Both the position numbers and the translations under genes were made by a program. Positions 9,294-17,299 of a stretch of 64,000 nt of DNA are shown here, one piece after another (the first letter of the stretch is position 1; each line of letters opens with the position of its first letter). The notes below the pieces were generated by a model. The model did not search any database. It was given only the letters and a program-made list of their open reading frames with translations, and was not told the DNA's origin. Location of the stretch: the IMG/VR virus record IMGVR_UViG_3300025898_000005, positions 124 through 64,123 of that record. The stretch is one strand, 5' to 3'. Source of the DNA: a virus (Duplodnaviria > Caudoviricetes).

Positions 9294-10770
9294 GATCAAT
9301 GTCGATATTGACCCCGATAATTTCCTACCCGTTTATCAGCCCACCATCGGCAGTACAAACGACATTGAATTTCTATATGGTTCCCGGGACAGCGGCAAAT
9401 CCCGCCACATCGCCCAGATCCTGGTCACCATCTGCCTGGCACTGCCGAAGTTCAAGTGCCCGCTTATCAGGAAGGTGCAGAACACCGTGAAGGATAGCCA
9501 GTGGACCATGATCAAAGAAGTGGTGGAGGAATGGAAACTGGATCACCTGTTCAAGTTCACTACGAGCCCGCTGGAAATAAAATGTAAATCGGGCGGCGTA
9601 TTCCTGGCCCGGGGGCTGGATGATGCCAAAAAGATAAAATCCCTGACCAACCCCAGCCATGCCTGGATAGAAGAGGGCGCCGACATTACCAGCGATGACT
9701 GGACCATCATCACCACTTCCCTGCGGTCGAACCATTACAAGACCCAGATATGGTTCAGTTTCAACCCGGATATACCTGGCATCTATGAAGATTTCTGGCT
9801 TTACCAGCGGTATTTTGCCCATCATAAGGAATTGACCTTTACCGATAAGATCACCGAAACCTTGCAGGATGGTGAAGAAGTAAACATCACCTACCGGGCG
9901 ACACACAGTACTTTTTATGATAACCGATATTGCCCGGGAACACGGAAAGCCTATTACGAAGGACTTGCTAAAACGTCTGAATATGAACATCGTGTATACT
10001 GTCTTGGCCTCTGGGGGGTCCGAAAGACCGGCGGGGAATTCCTCAAAAGGTTCCAGTCGAACATCCATGTCAATCGCCGGCTGCAGTACAATCCTATGTT
10101 TCCCCTGTTTTTTTCGCTGGATAACAACGTCTACCCCTATTGTGCGGTGGGAGTATGGCAACTGATCCCCGAAGAAATTGATGGGGGAACGATATGGTTT
10201 GCCCGACAGATAGCGGAACTGCCAGCGGTGGATCCTGATAACAGTGCGGCCGGGGCGGCAAAACTGATCATCAAATACCTGCACCAGCTCAAATACTACG
10301 AAATGACCGTCCATATCTGTGGGGACCGGTCCACAAAGAACCAATCCACCATTGATCCGCTGAAAAGATCCTTCTTCCAGATCGTCAACGAAGCCGTCAC
10401 TTCCGCTGACTTCCGTACAAAGGATTGCTTCCTGGCCTATTCACCGGCGCCGCCAGGGATAGCCGACTTCGCAAATGCCATCTTCAATAATGAGATTCCC
10501 GGCCTGCAGATAGAAATCGGTAATTGCCCGGAATCCATAAAGGACTATATCATCACGAAGGCCGACCGTAATGGTAATATCCTGAAGATCAATAAGGCGG
10601 ACTATGAGGGTGGCCCATCTTACCAGCACAATGGCCACTTCACCGATACGCTGAAGGATATGATCGTGCAGGCCTTCTATGATCAGTACATTGCCTATAC
10701 CAACCGGCATAAAACCATCCAGCCAGGGGGTGTCTCTAAAGTGAATCGCGTTTCAAATATTACCGGATAA
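9286..10770 (+). CDS. terL: Terminase large subunit, PBSX family
   Basis: YGSRDSGKS, RKVQNTVKDSQW, GLDDAKKIKS, WIEEG, SFNP, VYCLGLWG motifs. Confidence 0.9.
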   Translation: MPKINVDIDPDNFLPVYQPTIGSTNDIEFLYGSRDSGKSRHIAQILVTICLALPKFKCPLIRKVQNTVKDSQWTMIKEVVEEWKLDHLFKFTTSPLEIKCKSGGVFLARGLDDAKKIKSLTNPSHAWIEEGADITSDDWTIITTSLRSNHYKTQIWFSFNPDIPGIYEDFWLYQRYFAHHKELTFTDKITETLQDGEEVNITYRATHSTFYDNRYCPGTRKAYYEGLAKTSEYEHRVYCLGLWGVRKTGGEFLKRFQSNIHVNRRLQYNPMFPLFFSLDNNVYPYCAVGVWQLIPEEIDGGTIWFARQIAELPAVDPDNSAAGAAKLIIKYLHQLKYYEMTVHICGDRSTKNQSTIDPLKRSFFQIVNEAVTSADFRTKDCFLAYSPAPPGIADFANAIFNNEIPGLQIEIGNCPESIKDYIITKADRNGNILKINKADYEGGPSYQHNGHFTDTLKDMIVQAFYDQYIAYTNRHKTIQPGGVSKVNRVSNITG

Positions 10771-10795
10771 TCAAAAAAAGTATAACTTTATCCTC

Positions 10796-11272
10796 ATGGC
10801 CCTTACCATCGATCAGCTAAAAGCCCTGCCTTTAGGATATCTCACCGGAAAAGACCTGGTGGCGTGGTGCCCTTATCAAATATTGAACACGGTCTATTCC
10901 ACCGACCCGGACCGCCTGCAGGAGGGATGCACAACGGCGTATGGGGAAATAACCAGCGCGGCCAACAACCGATATGATATCGCCACCGAACTGGCCCAGA
11001 CCGACCCGACCAAAAGATCCACCTATCTGGTAAAGATCATCACCCTGCTGGCCGTTCGTAATGCGATGGGATCGATGCAGGGCATCAGTGAAAAGATGGC
11101 TGCTGATTTTAAATGGCTGGAAAAGACAATGCTGGATATCCGCAATGCCCAGGCAAATCTGCCACTTCACCCGGTTCCTTCCCAAGGCACTGATCCACTC
11201 ACCAACCAACCATTACCACCACCGAACAGTCGGCCGGAATTGGTTTGTTCAAACTTCCGCACCCGTGGGTAA
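10796..11272 (+). CDS. Mu gp36-like head-tail connector
   Basis: RYDIATEL...LAVRN...WLEK..LDIR; position between terL and portal. Confidence 0.6.
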   Translation: MALTIDQLKALPLGYLTGKDLVAWCPYQILNTVYSTDPDRLQEGCTTAYGEITSAANNRYDIATELAQTDPTKRSTYLVKIITLLAVRNAMGSMQGISEKMAADFKWLEKTMLDIRNAQANLPLHPVPSQGTDPLTNQPLPPPNSRPELVCSNFRTRG

Positions 11273-12878
11273 ACATCGAAGTGAACGCCGCAATAACGAC
11301 CCCGCTGTCCTGGCAAAACGCCAGCAATTCTATTCCATTCCCAGCCAAGGGATCACCTTGCCCAATTCCGGCGCCAACAACACGGCCCCAGGTGCCCCCT
11401 TCGGCAATCTTCCGCTGGTAGCTCCGAACACTGGCGGTTATGGCAACCTGGGTGGCGGCAGCGTAGTATGGGGAAACAACAAGGATGCCGGCGGCTGGGG
11501 CGTAGGACTACCCGGCGCCAAACCTGCCAGCGGGCAGGCCCCATCTGCAAATCCTTACATTACCCCGAAGGCGACTGGTTTGACCAGGATCACCCAAACC
11601 TATCCATCCAACTATTTCCAGGTATACGATATCAGCACATGGCGCTATGCATGTGATCAGGCCACCAATATGGGGGACACCCGGCAACTGGCGGCGATGT
11701 ATATCTGGTGTTATACCAGCAGCGCCTTCGTCCAAGGCCTCTTTGAAAAACTGGGTGATGCCATAGATGCCATCGATTTTAAGATTGTGGATAAGTCGGG
11801 CAATAAGATTGATTCCATGCAGGAAGAATTTTGTGACCGGCCATGGCAAAAGACCGTGCGAAAGGAAATCCTTTGGGCTTTTTTCTGGGGTTTTACCGGT
11901 CTTAACTTCGATCCCCCCACCCGGAAGGTCTACAAATATCCCCAGCAGCAGATTGACCCCATCAATAGGTTCCTAAAAAACACCACTTTCAGCCCTTATG
12001 ATGGCGTGAATTTCTCTGATCTGGATAATGTATTGTTCATCCAGCATTCCACCAATATTGAAAACCAACTGGGATGGATGCAACCTATATGCCGGTCTTT
12101 CATCCAGATCAACCAGTCGAAAAATAACTGGCTGGCTGCCGGCCGTCGACTGGCTTATCCGATCATGACGGTTGGATATCCTCAAAACGACAACGCCATC
12201 ACCCTGACCAACGGGCAGCAGGTCAACCAGTATAAAGTGCAAGCGGAAGAAATAGCCTCCGAAGTAGATCCTTCCAAAGGGTTCGTCTATCCTTATACCG
12301 TGGTCCCTGGTGGTGAGATTCAAAAAAGCATTGAAATCGACTTCGCTGAAACGAAGGCCGGCCAGAATATGTACAAGGTCTATTCTGAATTCAATGATGA
12401 TGAAAAGAATGAAATCCGGGAATGGTTGCTGGGCGGCACCTTGGCCAGCAGTGCCAGCAAGTCCGGCAGCGGCTCCAGGTCCTTGGGCGAAGTGCATGAA
12501 CGTATGTTTAAGGCCGTAGTAAAATCCAAACTGCCCCGGGTGCTGGCGGTTCTTAATGATGACTATGTGCCGAAACTGGCAAAGTTTTATACCGGCCTGC
12601 CGGCTTATTGGGCCTATGACTATGATAAGGCCGAACAACTGACATTTGAAGAGATGACCAGCCTGTCATCCGTGGTCACCGCCAATGGCAAACGGCTGAC
12701 CAATGAGTTTTTTGAGGCCAACGGCGTGGCCCGGGAATATATCGAAGATGCTCCCGAACCCGTCGTGGCACCAAAGCCCGGGACAGAAAAGCCTACAAAA
12801 GATCCTGATCCTCAGTCAAACAGCAGCGGCCTGCATTATGCTATACCGAAGGGCTTTCAAAAAAAAAAATACTGGTAG
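11265..12878 (+). CDS. Portal protein (Mu gp29 / DUF935-like) with Gly/Pro/Asn-rich N-terminal extension
   Basis: GTG start overlapping the upstream stop; DISTWRYA, FWGFTGL, LLGGTL...SGSRSLGEVHER motifs. Confidence 0.8.
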   Translation: MGKHRSERRNNDPAVLAKRQQFYSIPSQGITLPNSGANNTAPGAPFGNLPLVAPNTGGYGNLGGGSVVWGNNKDAGGWGVGLPGAKPASGQAPSANPYITPKATGLTRITQTYPSNYFQVYDISTWRYACDQATNMGDTRQLAAMYIWCYTSSAFVQGLFEKLGDAIDAIDFKIVDKSGNKIDSMQEEFCDRPWQKTVRKEILWAFFWGFTGLNFDPPTRKVYKYPQQQIDPINRFLKNTTFSPYDGVNFSDLDNVLFIQHSTNIENQLGWMQPICRSFIQINQSKNNWLAAGRRLAYPIMTVGYPQNDNAITLTNGQQVNQYKVQAEEIASEVDPSKGFVYPYTVVPGGEIQKSIEIDFAETKAGQNMYKVYSEFNDDEKNEIREWLLGGTLASSASKSGSGSRSLGEVHERMFKAVVKSKLPRVLAVLNDDYVPKLAKFYTGLPAYWAYDYDKAEQLTFEEMTSLSSVVTANGKRLTNEFFEANGVAREYIEDAPEPVVAPKPGTEKPTKDPDPQSNSSGLHYAIPKGFQKKKYW

Positions 12879-12961
12879 GCGTTGAATATGCTACCCTGAA
12901 GCCACGGCCCCGCCTTCCCAATCCCAAACGCCTGATCCCGGATTCCCTCACCGAAGAGGAA

Positions 12962-14116
12962 ATGAAGTACATCTACCGCAACCGGAAGGGGAAAACCATC
13001 TTCACCCCGCTGTACAAAAAGTATACTGACCTGTTCTTCCAGGAGATTCTGGCCGAAACCACCATCCGCCATACGTTTGAATCCTTCGAACCTACCAACC
13101 TGGTCGAACGCTACCTGCTGAACGCCGCCCAGTTCTCTGCCGCAAAGAACGATGCCGAAGTAAAACTGATGCAGCAGCAGGTCTTTAATGAAAAAGGGGT
13201 GCTGAAGGGCTACCAGCAATTTCGCCAGGACGTAGAACCCATTGCCCAGGTTCAACAGGAAACATGGCTTCGGGTGGAATATGAGACTGCCCGCCGGCAG
13301 GCTGGCGCCATCGAACAGTTCACCCGCATGCAGAAAGATGCCGACCTGTATCCCTACTGGATATACAAAGGGGTCATGGATAGCCGGGAGCGCCCGGAGC
13401 ATGTGGAAATGGAAGACCGGGTATTTCAGATCGGCGATGCTGATAGCGATTCCTGTTTCCCCCCACTGGACTGGAACTGCAGGTGTAAGGGTGAACCCAT
13501 CGATGGGATGTTCGTGGAGGAAAACGGTCTGAAGGTATCCACGCCGGCGGATGCCAAGCAATACCTGGAAGATAATGTGGATCCCCAGTTCCGGTTCAAC
13601 CCGGCGGTTCAGGGTGCCATGCCCAACGATCACAGTTATTTTCAGGGTTTCCCCAGCGCCAACGAAGGGGATGCCGGGACGTTCGGCCTGCCATCTGCCA
13701 AGGACCTTGGAGGGGATAAGGAACTGACCGGGCTGGCGGCGAAGCCATTCCACCAGCTGGTGGAAACCATACACGGATGGAAATCCCTGTACCACAATGA
13801 TCACCGGGGCAATATAGTCTTCCAGAACAAGGAAACGCTGGCCAATGTCCGCCTGGGGGACGGCGCCATCCATACCATCCAGAAACATCAGCGCGGTTTT
13901 GAAAATATCCCCCGCTGCATCGAAAAACCTACGGAAATATGGGGGAAGTGGGAAAATGTGGGAACGCAAAAAGTGGTGCTGCGGGCTTACCTGCTGATCG
14001 GCCGGACTTCATATGCTGTCCTTACCCGGGATGGGCACATTACGGATGCCTTCGCCTTCAGCAACGGGTCGGAGAATAAATTACGGAACGGCCTAATTAT
14101 AGGAGGAAATGAGTAA
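12962..14116 (+). CDS. MuF (gpF/gp7-like) minor head protein with C-terminal PBECR-like nuclease domain
   Basis: WLRVEYETA, DSRERPEH, PPLDWNCRC, FRFNPA; C-terminal IEKPTEIW; frame is open upstream to 12809. Confidence 0.8.
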   Translation: MKYIYRNRKGKTIFTPLYKKYTDLFFQEILAETTIRHTFESFEPTNLVERYLLNAAQFSAAKNDAEVKLMQQQVFNEKGVLKGYQQFRQDVEPIAQVQQETWLRVEYETARRQAGAIEQFTRMQKDADLYPYWIYKGVMDSRERPEHVEMEDRVFQIGDADSDSCFPPLDWNCRCKGEPIDGMFVEENGLKVSTPADAKQYLEDNVDPQFRFNPAVQGAMPNDHSYFQGFPSANEGDAGTFGLPSAKDLGGDKELTGLAAKPFHQLVETIHGWKSLYHNDHRGNIVFQNKETLANVRLGDGAIHTIQKHQRGFENIPRCIEKPTEIWGKWENVGTQKVVLRAYLLIGRTSYAVLTRDGHITDAFAFSNGSENKLRNGLIIGGNE

Positions 14117-14125
14117 TTTTAATCG

Positions 14126-14659
14126 ATGGCTCAAAAAAACCTGAATGATCTCCTGAAAGACTGGCGGGGAACCGAAACCGAGATGCAAACCTTAGTGAAG
14201 GCGCTGCCCCGGATTGTCGGTAGTGAAGCGGTGAAATCCGTGAAGGACAATTTCCGGCTGCAGGGATATGATTCCGGGACCGGCGTGGTGAAGTGGAAGG
14301 AACGGTCGGCCGCTACCCAGTCGCTATACGACAAACGGGTATGGGTCAAAGGGTCGGTCTATTCCTCTACCCGCAAACTGCTGGAACAGACCATGGCCCT
14401 GTTCAATGGCATAAAGTATGATCAGATCGGCACCGGCCGGGTCAGGATAGGGGTGGATATCAACCTGGTTCCTTATGCCCAGTACATGAATGAAGGGGTG
14501 ACGGATGGCAGCATGGGCCCCCACCATATCCATACCGAAATCCCACCCAGGCAGTTTATGCCCAGGCCGGGAGAGCCGCCCAACCCGAAGATCATGGCAG
14601 CGGTGGAAAAGAAAGTGATCTACGAACGGGACAAAGCATTACAAACCTTTAAAAAATAA
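14126..14659 (+). CDS. Virion morphogenesis protein (Mu gpG / tail-completion-like)
   Basis: NFRLQG...W..R, VPYAQYMNEG, IPPRQFM motifs. Confidence 0.75.
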   Translation: MAQKNLNDLLKDWRGTETEMQTLVKALPRIVGSEAVKSVKDNFRLQGYDSGTGVVKWKERSAATQSLYDKRVWVKGSVYSSTRKLLEQTMALFNGIKYDQIGTGRVRIGVDINLVPYAQYMNEGVTDGSMGPHHIHTEIPPRQFMPRPGEPPNPKIMAAVEKKVIYERDKALQTFKK

Positions 14660-14665
14660 CGCTAT

Positions 14666-14863
14666 ATGCAGGACAGCATTCCGATGAAACCGATAACCTG
14701 TTATGTTTGCGATGGGACAGGCATGATAAATACGACTGAGAATATGCCAACCCTGAACACATTCGTAAAGTGCCCGAACTGCAAAGGTCGGGGCACCGTT
14801 GTAACGAATGCTATCCCCGGCGGCGTAGACCCGGGAACCCCCAAACCCAAAACACTGCTATGA
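14666..14863 (+). CDS. Small DnaJ-type zinc-finger protein
   Basis: CYVCDGTG and CPNCKGRG. Confidence 0.6.
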   Translation: MQDSIPMKPITCYVCDGTGMINTTENMPTLNTFVKCPNCKGRGTVVTNAIPGGVDPGTPKPKTLL

Positions 14864-15063
14864 AATCTACCACGTTTTTAGTGGCATTTGAAATAGGGGA
14901 ATTGGTATACGTAAAGACGGATACCGAACAAAAACAGCGCATTGTTGTCGCCTTATTTGTTCAACAAGGGTCCATAAAATATCTGGTCGCCTGCGGGACG
15001 GAAGATAGATATTACTTTGATTTTGAATTAGCCGAAATTAAAAACGAACTAATAAAATTATAA
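14860..15063 (+). CDS. Small SH3-like hypothetical protein
   Basis: FEIGELVYVKTD..Q..RIV; coupled at both ends. Confidence 0.6.
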   Translation: MKSTTFLVAFEIGELVYVKTDTEQKQRIVVALFVQQGSIKYLVACGTEDRYYFDFELAEIKNELIKL

Positions 15064-15623
15064 TGCCCATCGATACCATCACCCCGGCCATCATTACCGC
15101 CTGCCGCCAGGAGGCCGAAGCCTTTTCTAAACAGAACGGCGATTTCATCGGCCAAGTCATCCTGAAGACCGACTTCAAAGATTCCGAAGCTGTTACCTAC
15201 CAGTTTCCCCTGGCGATGATTGAAATGATCGATGATACCGAACTATCCCAGTGGTGCGGGGGATCCACGCGGGTCAGCTGGACCTGGGGTTTCAACCTTT
15301 ACAACTATGAACCGAACGCATACGGGGATGATGTGACCGGAGAATCCGAAGCCACCCTGGCGTGGTGCGATCTGGTACGGGTTCATTTTACCACCCGCCA
15401 ATGGCTGACCCAGGGCATGCTGGATATAGAATCCAAATATGGTTACCGGTTCACCCTGACCGGCGCCCATAAGGCCGATGCCCTGAAATATCGGGAGGGC
15501 CTATGCATGGGCTGGCGGTTCATGCTGGAAAGTGTGGCGATCGATGATAGCACCGACAGCGTTCAATATATATCAGGGGCCGATCTAAAAACCATTGTTG
15601 CCACCCCGCCGGATAATTCGTAA
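15063..15623 (+). CDS. Probable tail terminator (Mu gp37-like)
   Basis: Position, size and FPLAMIEM beta-strand pattern. Confidence 0.5.
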   Translation: MPIDTITPAIITACRQEAEAFSKQNGDFIGQVILKTDFKDSEAVTYQFPLAMIEMIDDTELSQWCGGSTRVSWTWGFNLYNYEPNAYGDDVTGESEATLAWCDLVRVHFTTRQWLTQGMLDIESKYGYRFTLTGAHKADALKYREGLCMGWRFMLESVAIDDSTDSVQYISGADLKTIVATPPDNS

Positions 15624-15665
15624 ATTTATATTGAGTTTCATAGATATTAGATTCATTTTTGTTTT

Positions 15666-15702
15666 TCCCTGCATGTCCATGCGGGGATTTTTTTTATATT
15701 TG
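15666..15702 (+). promoter_or_regulatory. Terminator overlapping a Bacteroidota -7 promoter (TATATTTG at 15695-15702)
   Basis: TCCCTGCATG..CATGCGGGGA hairpin plus T run, then TAnnTTTG. Confidence 0.7.
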
Positions 15703-15706
15703 CTTT

Positions 15707-15928
15707 ATGGAGCCGGGACCATATGGGCAACCATTCAGAGAAAGCCACGGAGGTCGAAGCTGGACCGTTTGACGTGGGGTATGCCGTCTCCTGATTGATA
15801 ACAACCCCCTAAATAATAGCTGCGGTGCAGCCCGTTGAGGCCCAATGTTTGAGCCGATGACGCGGAGATACCACCAAAAGACGAAGCAAAATGAAATCCC
15901 TGGCATGCTGCAGCCGGGGATTTTTTTT
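15707..15928 (+). ncRNA. Candidate structured ncRNA of about 220 nt with its own promoter and terminator
   Basis: Bounded by TAnnTTTG and a terminator at 15894-15928; only a 21-codon ORF inside; imperfect long stem. Confidence 0.45.
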
Positions 15929-16016
15929 GCCTTTATGGGAACCCGTAAGAAATTGATAGACAGCGTTTTTATATTTGTTCAACAACCGGGAACGGGGCAG
16001 CCGAACATTTTATATT

Positions 16017-16268
16017 ATGGAAAATATTACGCCAATAACAGATTTTTATGAAGCCGCAACCATGATCGGCGATGAATGTCTATTCGCATTAAACAGCCAG
16101 ATGGCACCTTTGAAGTGCGTCATAACCGGCGTAGATTGCACGCGCGGCAATATTTTATTTACTATCAGCCTGAACCTTGACCCTAATGTCGGAGAGTTTC
16201 AGGAAGATGAAACATGGCTTTCCAGGGTAAGTCCTAAATTTCTTTTTAAGCCGGAGGTTAAGGGATAA
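16017..16268 (+). CDS. Moron hypothetical protein
   Basis: Own promoter TATATTTG at 15970-15977 and terminator at 16289-16318. Confidence 0.65.
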   Translation: MENITPITDFYEAATMIGDECLFALNSQMAPLKCVITGVDCTRGNILFTISLNLDPNVGEFQEDETWLSRVSPKFLFKPEVKG

Positions 16269-16369
16269 TTTGCATGCGTTTAAAGTCGAACCCCGGAGTA
16301 GCAAGCCGGGGTTTTTTTGTATCTTGCCGTCACTAAAACATTCATTAACCCCATGTAATTATGTAACTC

Positions 16370-16612
16370 ATGAGCCTACGGATAAAAGCGAAATTTCGCT
16401 GTAACTCCATAACGGACAATGGTTATAATAAGAGCGCCAACCTGACGGCGGTCTATGGAAAAGACGGCGAAAATGCCGATTACTCCAAAGCAACCCCGAC
16501 CGGTTCCTTGACGATCGCCATCGACAAGGATACCAAGGCCTCTGACTTTTTTGTGCCGCAAAAGGAATACTACCTGTATTTTGAGGAAGTTCCTGCTGAA
16601 GCGGCCCCATAG
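16370..16612 (+). CDS. Widespread small phage hypothetical protein (moron)
   Basis: AKFRC...AVY...ENA.YSKATPTG...YYLYF pattern. Confidence 0.7.
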   Translation: MSLRIKAKFRCNSITDNGYNKSANLTAVYGKDGENADYSKATPTGSLTIAIDKDTKASDFFVPQKEYYLYFEEVPAEAAP

Positions 16613-16635
16613 ACCATTAAGCCGAACCGAAAAAG

Positions 16636-16664
16636 AAAAGCCCCACAGCAATGCGGGGCTTTTT
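16636..16664. terminator. Bidirectional terminator
   Basis: AAAAGCCCC...GGGGCTTTT between convergent genes. Confidence 0.8.
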
Positions 16665-16683
16665 ACGTGAGTAGGGCCTTATC

Positions 16684-17007
16684 TCATATATGCAGTTGGA
16701 TGGGGTTTTTCAGAAAGGCAAAGTATTCTTTGTCAAAGGTCTTTTGATTCTCTTCGCTGAACTGGATCCGCTGGCCCCCGCCTTCCACATTCAGGATGAT
16801 GACATTGTTTAAGTCATCCCGGTCCGCCAGCCGCTCCACCAATTCCTTATAATAATTCTGAAATAATTTTATCCGAACGTCATTGGCCTTATAGAAGGCA
16901 TCAATCTTCGTGCGGTTGAATATTCCCCAGGTTATTGAATTGCGGCCCTGAGCTTCCATATCGGCCAGGATCAGCATCAATTCATGGTACGTAGTCGATT
17001 TTGTCAT
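16684..17007 (-). CDS. Hypothetical protein
   Basis: Coupled to the upstream XRE gene. Confidence 0.65.
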   Translation of the reverse strand: MTKSTTYHELMLILADMEAQGRNSITWGIFNRTKIDAFYKANDVRIKLFQNYYKELVERLADRDDLNNVIILNVEGGGQRIQFSEENQKTFDKEYFAFLKNPIQLHI

Positions 17008-17219
17008 AACACAGTTAATTGATTAAGAGCGGTTTCGTAAATAATTTGGCTGTCAATATCCCAGGCACCTTCCCTTCCATTTTCCATCCTCCGGATAGTT
17101 CGGACATTTAGCCCCGACCTTTCGGCCAGCGCCGCCTGGCTGATGTTCAGTTCCTTCCGGGCAGTACGCAATCTATCGGATATCCGCTTTCTTCCTTCTT
17201 CTAATTCGGTTGGGCTCAT
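17004..17219 (-). CDS. XRE-family HTH regulator
   Basis: LRTARKELNISQAALAERSGLNVRTIRRMENG. Confidence 0.85.
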   Translation of the reverse strand: MSPTELEEGRKRISDRLRTARKELNISQAALAERSGLNVRTIRRMENGREGAWDIDSQIIYETALNQLTVL

Positions 17220-17299
17220 GCTGTTAATAGGTTACTCTAAGATAGGCAACTTATTGCCTGTCAGCCAAAATAAAATTTAAACACTTTACTTTTAGTCCC

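Noticed and set aside
11061-11264. Longer portal N-terminus given in the ORF track
   Set aside because: Overlaps the upstream gene by about 200 nt; the GTG at 11265 is coupled to its stop
12857-13969. 370-aa minus-strand ORF
   Set aside because: Antisense shadow of MuF with no motifs
15790-15870. Hammerhead ribozyme core (CTGATTGA)
   Set aside because: Does not match CUGANGA with a properly placed GAAA and stems
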